DNA from: Rhodosorus marinus CCMP1338
Lineage: Eukaryota; Plantae; Rhodophyta
NCBI GenBank assembly: GCA_029953675.1
Contig: JAMWBK010000013.1
Location: 868,001 to 932,000, forward strand
Direction: 5' to 3'
Length of the DNA: 64,000 nt
Part shown: positions 46,473 through 63,287 of the stretch, piece by piece
Numbering within the stretch: position 1 is the first letter of the stretch
How the letters are laid out: the number at the start of each line of letters is the position of its first letter
Made by a program: the position numbers and the translations under genes
The notes under the pieces: model-generated
The model's input: only the letters and a program-made list of their open reading frames with translations
Databases searched by the model: none
What the model was told of the DNA's origin: nothing

Positions 46473-46965
46473 CACGCCTGCTGCAGGATTCTATCTACTT
46501 TGCACAGTACGGAAAATGAAAAAGTACATAAGCCGAAACAGCAACAATCTCTATTCATCCAACAGCCCTCCAAGACAAGATCGGATATCTCAAAACCACC
46601 TGTCCCAGCTGTCCCAGCGCTGTCCCACAAAGCACCTACATCACCATCACACAAGATCTACCCGTCACCTTAGAAAATCAATCAATATATCCACATGAAA
46701 GACTGAATAACTAATTTTATTAATCGAATCAGAATCTAGATGTTATATTGACTGATTAGTCTATGACACTTTTAGGTGTTTTTAATTTTGCCACGATTTG
46801 ACAGGTTTTCCGGAGGATGAGGTTGATGAAATCGAATAGGTATAAAGGCTCTGGGAAGGAGGGCACTTGGATGGTGTCTTTGGGGATGATTTTGTACTCT
46901 TGGTTCAGATTGTTGTGAGCTTATTTAGATTCATCTGAATAGGTGAGAGTGCTTATAGCGAGACG

Positions 46966-50944
<3,979 letters not shown>

Positions 50945-51300
50945 AAGTCTCTCTCATCAGAAGCTCAACAACGGCTCCCTGCAGAAGTTATTCCTGCCAC
51001 ATGAGATTGGACGCGCTCCACGCGACCATCCAGAGCCCGCGCCTTGTAACCTCATGTTCTGTCTGCAGGAGTTGTGCGACCCCGAGCCAAGGTCTTGTTG
51101 GTGCACACTAACGCTCGGGAAGAGAACGACTCCCCTGCAGTCAACGAGCTCTCAGCGCAAGCGGACTAGAACGGCGTCTTGTACAACTAACCTCAGACTG
51201 ACCAAAGTAAAAAACCAAAAAAAAAAAAATCCATCCCGTGGTCGAATGGACAACTTACAGATTTTTGTACATTCAAGGAGTCCTGCGTACAGCTGTCCCA

Positions 51301-51356
51301 CTCCAGGCGACCTTTCTCACCCGCTCCAGGCGACCTTTCTCACCCGCTCCAGGCGA
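51301..51356. repeat. 23-bp tandem repeat, about 2.4 copies
   Basis: CTCCAGGCGACCTTTCTCACCCG twice, then CTCCAGGCGA. Confidence 0.85.
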
Positions 51357-53871
51357 ACAGGCATAAAAGTTCGAAAAGCACCTGCGGCGATTATGCTCAA
51401 CCTCCTTGGCGGGCTCTGTCCCACCTTCACGCGCTCCCCGCCTTCTCATTGCCAACCGTACCAAAAACAAGGAGTCCACAGGTAGCTACGCTTCCAGTTC
51501 AACAAGAGATGTCGTGCTGATGCACAGAATCTCCATCCATGTACAAAACGCCACACACGCCGTCCAGCAGACGACCAAAAAAAGTCGTTATTGTCCAACT
51601 ACTCTCCACGTCCACACAAGGTAAAATTCATTTCAATGCAAGACGATATGTCAAAACGACCCTGAACCTCAAGACCTGGCGCGCTATCCGTTGAATGTCC
51701 ACGACCTCAACAAAAAGTTCGGCTATACATTCCCCCTCTCCCCCTCCCCCCCCCTTTCTCCTCCACAATCATTATCCAACAAGTCCCGCACGCGGGTCAC
51801 ATTCAGCCCGTAGTACAGAACCAGAAGTGGTCCCCGAAGCCTCCAACTCCACCGGATTAGAAGTGAGGCGATCGTCAGGAGTGGCGCGTTGCCTTTCCAA
51901 CACCCCTACCCACCCCCCACTCCCCCAACCCTTTCAAATATTAACATAAACCCCATAAAGGAGAGGCGAACCAAAAATACAAAAATCTCCTTTCACCAAA
52001 AAAAACGACTGGCCTTCATATAGGGTTTCCAATCAACTAGCAACCAAACAGATCGTCCCAACGTTTCCCTTTTCGTAGAATTACCCCCAAAAAGCGGATC
52101 GAATCCCTCTCAGCCACCGTGAAGTGGTTCACACCATCCCCGTCCTCCCCAAACCTTCTCCAAACTCAATTTTGCCAAGTTTCCTCTCATTACCGCGACC
52201 TTTCACCCAATGAAAAGTCGAAACGACATATACTTTCTCTCCAATCAGCTTGTTGCACATTATGATGTTGGGCCAACCCTTGTCCAATACTCACAGCGCA
52301 CATCCAGCTCCTTCAAATTTTATTCTAATATTCAAGTTATATTCAATCATAAAGTAGGTTGCTCAGTCAAAATCTAAAATACCCCCAACATGAAAAGTTC
52401 GAATAGAAAAGCTTTTGCTAAGTGTCACCCCCTAACGCACCCCTTTGGTTGCACTTTAGAGGTAGAGATATTTTTCTTTTTACCAACTGCCTTAGTGGGA
52501 AGAAGTGTTCTCCATACAGGGGGGAATTTTCCGAACTGGGCACCGCGCGAGGAAATCTTTAACCCCCACAGAACCATTCACAAACAAATGCCAGTTATAC
52601 ATATATTAGAAATTAAAAAAGGGTGTGTGGAGTTGGAGGAGCCCAAACTTTGCAGTGGGGAATATTTTAGTTACCCCTATAGCTTCTTTTTTAGCTAATT
52701 GCTTTGCATGGAAACTGTCTGGGAGGGGGGAGGGGGCAGGGGAATCGAAGTGGCTTTTTGCAGAATGGTGGACAAATTTTTTTTGTGTGGTGTCCGATGG
52801 ACTCTTGATTCAGTCAATACGATATTTGTATGGATATTTATTTCCGATGCAAACAAGGGAGAAAATTACAACCCCTTTTACCCTGGTCATTAAAATACTA
52901 TTTGACGTTCTTTATTATGAAAACATTATGACTAGATATTGCTCTCCCTCCCCTCCCCCTCCTCCCAACAGGACCTCTTCAATTGGGAAGAAAATTCCAA
53001 ACGGTGCGGAGGATATGTGGGGACAGTAGGATATTTTACAATTATCTATTTCTATTGGTTACTTCTAATCAATGTTTCATACGTCGTAAGATTTTTTCTA
53101 ACAGAAAGGGTACTTCACTGAGTTTTGTTTTATTATTATTATTATTAGCTTCCATGGACGTCAGGGTCGGGTCGTAGGTTCGTCACTGTTCATATGACAC
53201 AAAGTGGAGGGGTAGTTTTGAGAGCTTTAAATCAATTAATGCTCTATTTTGATGGCATTTGTCATAGTAATGGAGTGCAGTAATGCATTGCACAATGGGG
53301 GTAAATTGTACACTAGGATATGTGAAATTCTTCTTGGTGCAGTGGATTGCTTTTCGACTGCTGACTGGCCGGCGTTCCAGTCAATCGACGGCTGGGGCAA
53401 TGCTTAGAAGGCGCTTTGGGTCTTAATGTTTAAAAGAATGTTATCATATTCTCTGAATTTCTGTTCTCTTCTGGAATTTTTTTTCCTTTTCTTCTTCCGT
53501 TCTGGGTGTGAGCTTGCAATGGAAGTCTTCTCCCTCGAAGGGCAGTGGCCTTCACTCACACTGGCCTTTGCAGGCAATTGTCTGTGGCGTGCAGGGTTAT
53601 TATGGTTGGTGCAGGCTGGTTCACCCGAGCATTCACATGGTATACTGCGCAATCGAGTTGGTACAGGCCAGTTTGATCGATTGGGAGCGGAGCTGTTCAG
53701 TTTATCGTCTGGTATCGAGCAGGGAGGGTGAGCGTTGGACGGTGACTGTCCAGTTATTTCCTGATTGTTGAATTGACCGGAGCATGAGCCACTGAAGAGT
53801 TTGGGGAAAGTGTTCGGGGTCCGGGGCCTGGTGGGGTGAGCGGAAGGGCTAGGGAGTTTGCCAAGAGCAGT

Positions 53872-54511
53872 ATGGCCGACAGTACAGAGAATGTGGAGAG
53901 GGAGCAAGTAGCCAAGGAACCAGAAGAAGCAGAAAAACCTGGTCAGAGATCTGACAGGCCGAGGAATCGGGTTCAGGTTTCAAAAGACAGCCATCCTCTG
54001 AACTTCTATGTGAACTTGGCCGAGAAGCTCTTGCATGATGAGGAAGAGGTCGAACTCAGTGGTCTGGGGATGGGTACGTCTCCCAAGAACGCATATTTTT
54101 AAATGCACGGGTTTTGGGTGGCATTCATTCTGATGAAAAGCCACCCACCCAGGTATGACGAACAAGCGCACTGAAACACTGCATTCAAATCGCTCTGGCC
54201 TCTGCGTCTTCTGTGCATTCTCAATCTCCCTCCAGCTGTCTCAACAACCGTAACGATTGCAGGAATCCTGAAAAACTCGGGGCATGTCGAAGTAGCAAGT
54301 AAGTGAAACGCTGCCAACCCAAGGAGCCCCACCGTCCTTCCCCCGTTTTAAATAGTCACCCCGATTTTTTCGAAAATTTGAAGGAATTGAAACGTCACTG
54401 GCTGGGGAGACAAAGTCCAGAGGCTCTAAACGCTACTGGAAACCGAAGATACAGATCTGGATCAAGAAAACGGAAAAGTTTGCTGAACTTATGAAGGCTG
54501 AAGATTCGTAG
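53872..54511 (+). CDS. Alba-domain nucleic-acid-binding protein; 2 introns
   Basis: RNRVQVSKDSHPLNFYVNLAEKLLHDEEEVELSGLGM|AVSTTVTIAGILKNSGHVEVA|RIETS...KPKIQIWIKKTEKFAELM...*; exons 2-3 reconstructed manually. Confidence 0.88.
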
Positions 54512-55582
54512 AATAGGTGAGCTCATAAACTTTAAAAAACCAGGATGTCCCCGCCTGCGCTCGACGATACGCTGGAACCAAGGCGAAGGCTCTTGCTATC
54601 GTGTTTCGGAACGATTTTTCCGAACCTGGTCGTTGACCACCTTCTCTTACTATCTTTGCCAAAGAATTCCGATGAAGGTCTCTCACAGCTCGTAGAGATG
54701 CTTAGGCGGGCCTATGGAGCAACAGGCAGAGAGGGGGGGGTGTAGACCCGGGGGAACCTGAGCCCTGTTTGTGAAAGCGGCCTAATTACCTCATTACCTC
54801 GGAAATCGGAAATCAGAGGCAGAAATGGTCGCCAGCACAGGGGGCTTTCCTGTATTGAGAGATTTTGTGTTTGTTTCATCTAACTATCATCAAGAGCCAG
54901 CAATTTGTAATACTTTCATCTTTCTTTTTTTAACTTCATTACTCGGTCTCCTATACAGTGATTGCCTGGAATACGAAAATAAAAACTTTAAGCGAGAAGG
55001 ACAACGACCATGCGTTCATCGGCCGCGTGACAAAGGTCAGAGGGACTCCGTTGCATTCATGTTCAAGGTTCCGAAACGGCAATGGGCTTTTCTTAGCAGT
55101 ATAAACCCGGGATTCAGGGAGAGACGCAACTCCCGGAGTCACCCAACTCCGCTTTGTCCCTGTTCGAAGTTAATTTTCAGTTTTCATCGGTATGTTCCTG
55201 GAGTAGAAAAGTTCAACCTCTTCCACAAGAGCACCTTGGCGGACTATTCTCCCCCACCGCACTCGATTGCCATTCTACTAAAGGTCACTTCACCCCCCTA
55301 AGTATCATGCAATATCCTTGAAAAAGAACATCTGCTCTATATCTAATCCTAGTTCACCATAAAAATCAGCTATTTTTAACTTAAAAAAAATCCAATTCAT
55401 CCTCTCGCAATGATTTAACAGCTATGTACATACCCTCCTTATAATAAATCAAATAAACAAATATCTTCTTAAAAATACTAAAAGTGCATATAGGATGAGG
55501 CCTAATAATCCTCTGGACACCCCCTGCAGATGACACATTCTTATTACATCAAGCCCAATATATTCTCTAGAGAACGGTATCC

Positions 55583-55975
55583 CCTAGAAATTCTAAATTA
55601 TCAACTATCCACCGATTATATTTTCAAAAATCAAAATATAGATCCAAAATACACTTCCCCATAGCCTAAAATATAGAAAAATCCATAAAACCGCATTGAT
55701 CATTTTTCCGTGGTGTCCTAGAAGTTCTAAATTATCAGCTCTACGACTATGATATTCTCATTAGATGAAATATGTATTCAAAATCTGTTCTAAATATGAT
55801 CTAAAATATAGAAAAGTGGATAGAATTATCTAGTCAGATCCCGTTGTTGTTTAAGCATTATACTCCTAGAAATATCTACATTATCAACTATATTCTTATT
55901 ATATTTCCACTAGATGAAATATAAATCTTAAATCTAGAATAGTACAATCTAAAATAGATAAAAGCGCATTAAAAT
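55583..55975. repeat. AT-rich degenerate tandem repeat, ~135-150-bp period, 3 copies
   Basis: CCTAGAA(A/G)..CTA(A/C)ATTATCA(A/G)CT at 55583, 55717 and 55865, each followed by a CTAAAATA block. Confidence 0.7.
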
Positions 55976-56657
55976 ATATGCTCATCTGAGTGTCTATTTT
56001 GGACGGCGTTTTCGGGTTTTTTTGGGTGAAGACGGTTGGGGCGTTTATGCTGAGTTGGTGAGGGGATGGGGAGGGGGGAATTAGTGGGAGGAGTGGGTCC
56101 GCGGGGGAGGGGATTGAGAAGGCGGAAGTTGGGTGGATACAGATGAAGGAAGGGATAAAATTAGCTGGTGTTTATGTGCAAGGTTTGCTCTGTCTTCGTT
56201 TAGAGGGAAGGAGGGAGGAAACCCTGTTTATTGTGGTTTAGCCCCGAAAGGAAGAAAGTAGGCCGCGATTGGGGATTTTGCGTGAGGACTTGTGCAGGGA
56301 ACTTGGGATTGAGTCTTGTGGAGAGGTGGCTAGTGTCGGTCACTACTAGATGAGGAGCGTGGGTTGAGGTGGGGGGGGTTGGTAGCGCTTTTGTGTTTTC
56401 GTTTTTGGCTTGTGCTGGGTTGGGCGGGGTAGGGTGGGGAGGGGAGGGGAGGGGAGGGGAAGGCGTTTCGTCTTGTTTTTCCGCGGGTTGAGTTTATTTT
56501 TTTGTTGCCCTGGCCTTGTGCTGATTTTAGGTTTCCTTTCCCTCGGAAGGTCTTTTGAAGCCACGCGTGGATTCGATTTCGAAGACCCATGAGTGAGGGG
56601 AGTGGCTAGGTTTGTGGAGGGGGATTCAGAGGGTTGATTTCGTCCAAACTTCTCAAA

Positions 56658-59379
56658 ATGCGCACTAATCCCCTGGCGGCGGGTAAACCCGAGGGATTCG
56701 ACCTTAGGTCTATAATCGAGAACGCTAGGGATACGAGGTTCGATAGAGGAAACTGGAGCAATTCCAAGAGGAATTCTATGAGGACAAGTAGCTCGAAGAT
56801 CAAAGTAGAGTTTCAGAACAAGCAGAGCTTCGCAGCTCCGAAGAATGGTGCGCTTGGCCCCCAGGCTGCGGGGGTGTTTGAGAGCGAACCTACAGATGGT
56901 GAACAAAAATCTGTGGGGCCTGCGAAAGCGGGTCAACGGAAGGGAAAGATCCCTAAAAACGAGCGAAGGTTCCATGCAATGGTCGCAAAACGGAATACTG
57001 ATGAAGGAGGGGACGCTACAGCTGCAGCAGAACCATCTGAGAAAATTGCAAGTGAACGTGTCACGTGTACAGACGAGGAAGATAGGGAGGACGGGGAAGT
57101 AGATTCAGGTGCTGAATCTAGTGTATATGATGGTGAGTTCCGCCTACTGAAAGATTGAGCTATTTGTTGATATGTGGATATTGCAAGACTCCAAGGCTCA
57201 GATCTTGTACCATGGTTCTCTCTGAACAGTAAAACCACCTCCGAAGCAACCAGCGGAGGAAACCCTACCTTCGGACAAGCGTGGAGAGGAGATCGGTGAA
57301 GGACCTCATACTGGTAAGGAGGAAGGTACGAGCCCCGATAGGCGGGAAAGAACACCCACCGGTGGTGATGAGAACCATCGTCAAGCAGCCGCTAGCCAAG
57401 CACGTACAGGTGATCGGCTACTTAGCTCTAGTCATGAGCAGAGAAAGGGTGCCGAAGCTGGCCACGGTTCACCCCGGGAGCAAGGACAGGATGAATCGCC
57501 CCGATTCCAATCACGGCGAGAAGCAAACCTCCGTTCTGACTCCCGAGGACCCCATATCGACAGCTATCGAGATGGATACGAGAGGGACGATACGAACCGT
57601 AGAGACGGTTACGATAATGGCCGAAACAACGGAAAAGATGATCCTAATAGGTATCGAGAAGGGAAGAGGAGTGATTATAGGAACAGGAGCGGTGAGAGTT
57701 TTCATCCAAGTCAGGGGAAGAATGATTTCCGAGAAGAGTACTACAGCGGTCGTGGTGAGTACCGACGTGATGAGTACCGGCGTGATGAGTACCGGCGTGG
57801 TGATTACCGGCGTGATGATTACCCGCGTGATGATTACCCGCGCGACAAGTACCGGCGTGATGAGTACCGGCGGGATGAGTACCGGCGCGAGGACTATCGC
57901 GAACGTTACCAGGGCGATCGCCGTGAGGATTACGGGGAGTACCGGAGCGGTCACCGTGAGGACAGTGATCACCGTGACGACTACCGTGATACCGGTCGAG
58001 ATCGTGAAGGTCGTCCTGCGGACCGACACAGTAGACACCGGGATCATAGACGGGAAATGCATGGAGTGGATCACCGAGGTAACCACAGCGACAACTATAG
58101 CAGTCGAAAACGCTCTCGCGATTATGGAGAGGATAATCGCGGATCGATGAGGCGAGAAGGGGGGGACGATTCCCAGTGGAGCAGGGAGGGCGGAGAACGT
58201 GACTCTAGGAGATACCGAAGTAGCTCACGTGGACGTGATGAGGACGACGGTCGATCCTCGCCTCCATACCCCGCGCGAAGACACAGCCTCTCTCGGAAAG
58301 GCAGCTTTGAATCAGCACATACTCGAGAACGGCGACGAGACAAATACGAACGGGACGATAGTCTGGATTACAGGAGAGGAGGCTCGAGGGATAGTTCCAG
58401 AGGGCATCCTGGGCATAGTCGTGATTCTAAACGACATTCAAGGCGCCGCGAAGATTCCCCGTATACTCGTACAACGGACGGGTCCAGAGATCGTCCCAGC
58501 CCGGGGAGACGAGACCGACACCGGTCAGAGAGCAGCTCTGCTCGTGACCGCCACGAAGGCTATTACAGTCGCAGCCGGTACTCGGAGAAGGGGGTGAGGG
58601 AAGAGGAGAGGAAGAAGGAGTTTGAGGCTCTTGAGGCGAAGAAGGAAGAAGCGAGAAAGAAAGAGCTTGAGGAACAGGCTCGACTTCAGTACGAGAAGGA
58701 AATCGCTGGCCTCTTTGCCCAGATGAAAGCTCGATTCGAAAGCTTGAAGCCGAAGATTGAGAACGGAGTGAATAGAGCCGAGCAGGAGGAAATTTCCATC
58801 GTCGACGCGGACATGTTCATCCAGAAGGATAGGTTCCGAGCAGTGGCTGAGTCGATTACATGGAAAGGCAATATCGCCGGAAACGATAAGGGATCAGAGC
58901 AAATACCTGCGGTGGCCCTGGATGCGCGATCGCTCCGCACCAAGTTACCAGAGGGCAGCCCAAGGAGAAAGTCGGACGAATGCTGGGGAAAAACTGAGCT
59001 TCCGGCAGAACTTGGTATGGAGTTTCGATGCCGATTCGAGGTTGCGGAGAACAAATACACGCAGGCGAAGTGCTCTCCATATGGCGTCTATTGTTTCATG
59101 CCGGACCTCGACTCTGAGGAGTTCACTCGAACTCACTACGAGGAGTTTACGGAGCTTGTCAGGTCCCTGCGAGAGAAGGAGAGATGCGCCGTCGTAGAGT
59201 ACACTGCCCACGACAACGCCACTCACAGCGCCTATTTCGTCCCGCCTGGGTTGAAGTGCGAAGCGCTCCTGTCCCTCCCGACTGAGAAGTTGCCCATATG
59301 CCCGAACGCCACCCTCCTCGCCTTTGTTGTTCCGAAAGACGCTGCAAGCCTCAATAGGAGCACCACATCATTGCTCTAG
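56658..59379 (+). CDS. Arg/Asp/Ser-rich protein with a C-terminal SPOC-like domain; 1 intron (57133-57229); ~870 aa
   Basis: Manual translation shows one stop-free frame from 57230 into the 58057 ORF; the ORF track missed it because it contains no start codon. C-terminus ITWKGNI...LPAELGMEFRCRF...FTELVRSLREKERCAVV...AYFVPP fits the SPOC pattern. Confidence 0.75.
57751..57900 (+). repeat. Coding 15-bp tandem repeat, 10 units, encoding RDEYR-like pentapeptides
   Basis: CGTGATGAGTACCGG consensus repeated in exact 15-nt register. Confidence 0.95.
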
Positions 59380-59703
59380 AGAAGAGAAAAAGTTCATGAC
59401 TACATATACGAAAGCCCAGCGAGCACCAGCGCCGCTCAGGGCAGGGGACAGACGACCCCCTAACGTACGCAAAGGAAATCCAGCTTCTGTAAAAACAATT
59501 TTTATCAACCGCTGGAGGTGTGTTCCCTTTTTCGGAAGCGGCAACCATGTTCGGGACGCCACCATCAACTCTCTTCGTCCATCCATCCGCTCATCAACAA
59601 CTTTCGAGTTGGGGATCTGTGTGGTCCAGCGAGGCAACAAAACACCGAAGCGATTAGTCATCACCAGTGAGAGACTTATTTGTTCTCCAGAAGAAGGAAA
59701 TCG

Positions 59704-59705
<2 letters not shown>

Positions 59706-59744
<39 letters not shown>
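59706..59744. repeat. (GA)n microsatellite
   Basis: Uninterrupted GA run of ~39 nt. Confidence 0.95.
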
Positions 59745-59745
<1 letters not shown>

Positions 59746-61377
59746 CCATGCTCAAGAAGGGCCGAATTTCTAGGACGAAATCTGAAATCTACGTAATTTA
59801 GATCGACAAGTACTTACATTTAGAAATAATTTATTGATTTAGTATGCTCATTCAATCAAAATAAGTTAATGAAAATAAAAACAAAAACAAATATTCAGTC
59901 AATTTTGGCGAACGGTACGTGCTGAGCTCGGTCGGTCGGTAGGCCGTTTTCAAAGACTGCTAATCCAGGATGGCTGTTCATGAAGATTGAAGAGCCTACA
60001 CAGCTTTTCTGGACTAGGAAGAAAGCTTTATGACAAGATCAAGAACCTTGTTAAATGTTGTTGCCTGTGTCGTATGAACCTGATTTCCCTAGTTTTTCCC
60101 CGGCGCTGGATCCCCTCCCCTCTCCGCGACTCTCTCCGCGGCGGCGTGTTGGTATTTGATCGGCTAAAGAGGGGGTCGTTTACGATGGGGGGATGGGGTG
60201 GGGAGGAGGTCCGGAAGAAGCTTGAAGGCGTTTGTATTTTACTGAATGATTTGGAGTGCGATGGAAGACTGACGCCTGGTGTGCGGGCGGAGTGCATCTG
60301 TTGCGGTCCTGATGTAGTCTGAGGATTGTGTCGGCCGTGTTTTGTGGCTGCATATGATGGATTAAGTGGGTAGGTCTTCCATTTTTGAGAGTGAATTTGT
60401 TCCGTCTGTCGCGAGCAGCGTGTTTTTGCTTTGATGAATACTTCCCTTAATCATTCGCAGTTTCAAACTAGTAGATCTCCGCTTCGCCGAGCGTTGAGAT
60501 CCATGCTAGCTTCCTTGGACTACTGAGCTCCGCACTGTTCCCCCCACACGCGCATTATCATACTTACCCTCCTCCTCCTGGCATTTCTAACTTTGCGTCT
60601 TATTGCTTCGTTCGTCTGCCGCATGGACAGGGTCGTCAACCGGTTTTGCGCCGGTCGCGCGAGAGGGCTCCGTCTCCAAAGACAGAAGAACCAAACACCT
60701 CTTGTCGCGACATCATGAAGCCCAGAGCAAGCACGTCTATTGATTTGTCATTTCCTGGTTCAGAGCTAACATCAATAGTGAGATGGGACGACGACTTCAT
60801 GAGTAGGGGCGGAGGCAAGCTTTTCACCATTCTTTGCTGAAGGCGTACCCTCCGGTGAGGACTAGTCCGTCCTCGAGGGCTGCCATTAGCAACGTGTTTT
60901 GTGATTAGAAGGGTGTGGGCGGGAGGGGATGGGGGTTATAGTACACCCACGATCACTTGCGTTTTTTAATGAACAAACAACCTAGAACAAGATTAAAAAC
61001 AATCTAACAAAAGACAACAATCCAAGTCTAAACAACAACTATGTGGGTGCCGTGCGATCTAACACGTGCTATGCAAATAATACAGACGAACTGATCTCTG
61101 AACCTCGCCAACGATAGACTACTGACATTACTTCACAACTAAAACGTAGCCCCTGTGAGTGTGCAGGTGCTTTCTGTAGCTCCGTCAAGGACTACCATCT
61201 CCATTCCTTCCGCAGAGAACTTTTCCTCAGTCACTCACTACTTTCTGTTCGTGCTCACGAACCTCAGAAGTGCTTGTAACCAGAGGGTCTTCGGATCTTG
61301 AAATGTGCTATAATATATGTTCATGCATCGACCGCGCAAACGGTCAAAATGGGGACAAGTCGCTTCTTGAAACTCTG

Positions 61378-63120
61378 TCAGATGATTCCCGCCTTTCTGA
61401 TGGGACTCTCGCACCATTCCTTGAGCTTGTCGAATGCCTCCTCACTCTGTGGGTAGGCCGCAAGGCCCCCCACTGCACAGATCCACCCGACAGCCAAATA
61501 CCTTAACGGCGACTCATAAATATGGAAGACATGTCCAAGATTCAAGCACAACATCATAGCTGAGCAAACGCACAGCGTATGCAGCTCGTGTTCTCCCATG
61601 AATCGTAGGGGGTGGCTTGAACGTTCAACATTGTCCAGACCGCTCCGGAACGCTATTCGTTTCAAACAAAAAGAATCTCGCCCTGAGCAAAACCCTAATC
61701 AACCAATATCGCATTGACAACCTCGCTTACCATGTAATCCACCTGAGCTCACCGCTCCAATGGCCGATTCCAAGTCTGAGCTCTTCGCCAGTATTCTCGA
61801 CAGCATCGCCCTCGCTTCGTCCACTGAGCCTTCACTTCTTTCCACCTGCCAGATTTTAATCAACCCGGGCATGCAAAAGTCACCGGATCAGCATCGCTCT
61901 ATTCTGTGACAGCTCTACGACTGCACTAAGCAATATTTTCCACAACATACCTTCGCTGGAACAGCCGCTTGTTCCTCGTACAACTCGACTCCAAAGGCTG
62001 CGCTGAGGACATGCTGAGCTTCATAAGCAACTTCTGCATCACTGTCCAATCGAAGCCGCTGCAGAAGGCTTATAGCCTGGAGACACCGTGAAGACTTCAG
62101 CACAACGAAACGGACAAGGGCTAATGCTTAAAAGAAATACTCCAATACTCACCCCATTGGAAGGCAGCCGCAACTCTCGCAGACTCCTCACAAGCCCAAG
62201 CCTCAATTCGGCAGACGGATGATTTGTAAGTTTGTCCAGCAGCAACCTTGTTCCGGATCCTTCAGACTCGTTAAGCCAGAAGAGCCACGTGAGAGCGTAT
62301 TCCACATCCTCGAAATCAACCAGTTCGCATTTTGAGTTTTCGTAAACCACCGGGCTCACGTCCAACAAGCCATCGACGCTGTTCACGTACTCCATCCACT
62401 CATTCGCAACGTCCTTGGACTCCATTCCAATTCTCTCCTGCAACTTTGGGATCACGAAACGAAGAATAGCACAGTAAGTCTCCTTGGCACGACACGTTTA
62501 CACTCAAGCATCAAATACCTTTGCCTCGTCATGCTTCTCTCTAGACATCAGCGTCGTCAACGTGGAAACTATAGTCCATATACCAAGGACTGCGCCAGCG
62601 AAAAGCTGGCAGAAGTGAGAGCTGAAAGTCAACTGGACTTGCGTCATAAAGCAGGAGCAGCAATACAAGGATGTCCACAACTCATAAATAACAGATGAGA
62701 CAGAGGCATCCGCAATTGCACGAAGACCGATCGTGTTCAGCCTGTCATGACAGAAGAGACACAAGAAGCAGAACAAAAACACGCACGGGCACCAAACATT
62801 AGCACACCGATTCTCAAAGAAAACATATCCCAACTGGCGATTCTCATCAAAAAAAAACAAACAAGGAGCACACCGACATACTTGTTCCCATCAACGGATA
62901 TTTGCATAAGCTTCTCCCTCGACTCAGGAACAATTTCACTCAGCTGAATCGTCCTCAATTTCTCCAGTACACTCGCCTGAACCACAACCCTCCTCCCTCG
63001 CACATGCGACCTGGCTACTGGCAGATCCGCAAACCTACTCACACCCGCTCTCCTCGACACCGAGAAACAACCAGCCCCTGCACCCGCCCCATTCACGAAG
63101 CCCAACCTCCCTCCCTCCAT
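61378..63120 (-). CDS. Predicted plastid-targeted membrane protein of unknown function, multi-exon
   Basis: Transit-like MEGGRLGFVNGAGAGAGCFSVSRR...RRVVVQA; hydrophobic LFAGAVLGIWTIVSTL and YLAVGWICAVGGLAAY; HEAT-like LLDKLTNHPSAELRLGLVRSL...LQRLRLDSDAEVAYEAQHVL; successive exons have GT-AG flanks. Confidence 0.65.
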
Positions 63121-63263
63121 CACTGCACCCCCTCCCCCCAAATAAAAAAAAAAGACCTTTCAAACCTCCCTACCAACAAGTCCTGATTAACCAGTCAACC
63201 CTACTCCTCCCCCGTCACATCCCCCCGCCCACCTCCCTACCAACCCTAACACCACCAAATCCT

Positions 63264-63287
63264 CACACACACACACACACACACACA
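63264..63287. repeat. (CA)n microsatellite
   Basis: CA run of 24 nt in the C-rich flank upstream of the last gene. Confidence 0.9.

Noticed and set aside
57281-58150. 289-aa (+) and 191-aa (-) ORFs rich in V/I/T/M
   Set aside because: Shadow frames of the 15-bp repeat. The R/D/E/Y frame is the one continuous with the flanking exons.
59915-59975. tRNA-Ser(GCT)-like GACTGCTAATCC with a D-loop-like GGTCGGTAG
   Set aside because: No full anticodon stem, no TpsiC arm and no acceptor stem.
60559-60568. ATACTTACC resembles the U1 snRNA 5' end
   Set aside because: No U1 stem-loops or Sm site follow. It is better explained as the reverse complement of an intron donor (GGTAAGTAT).
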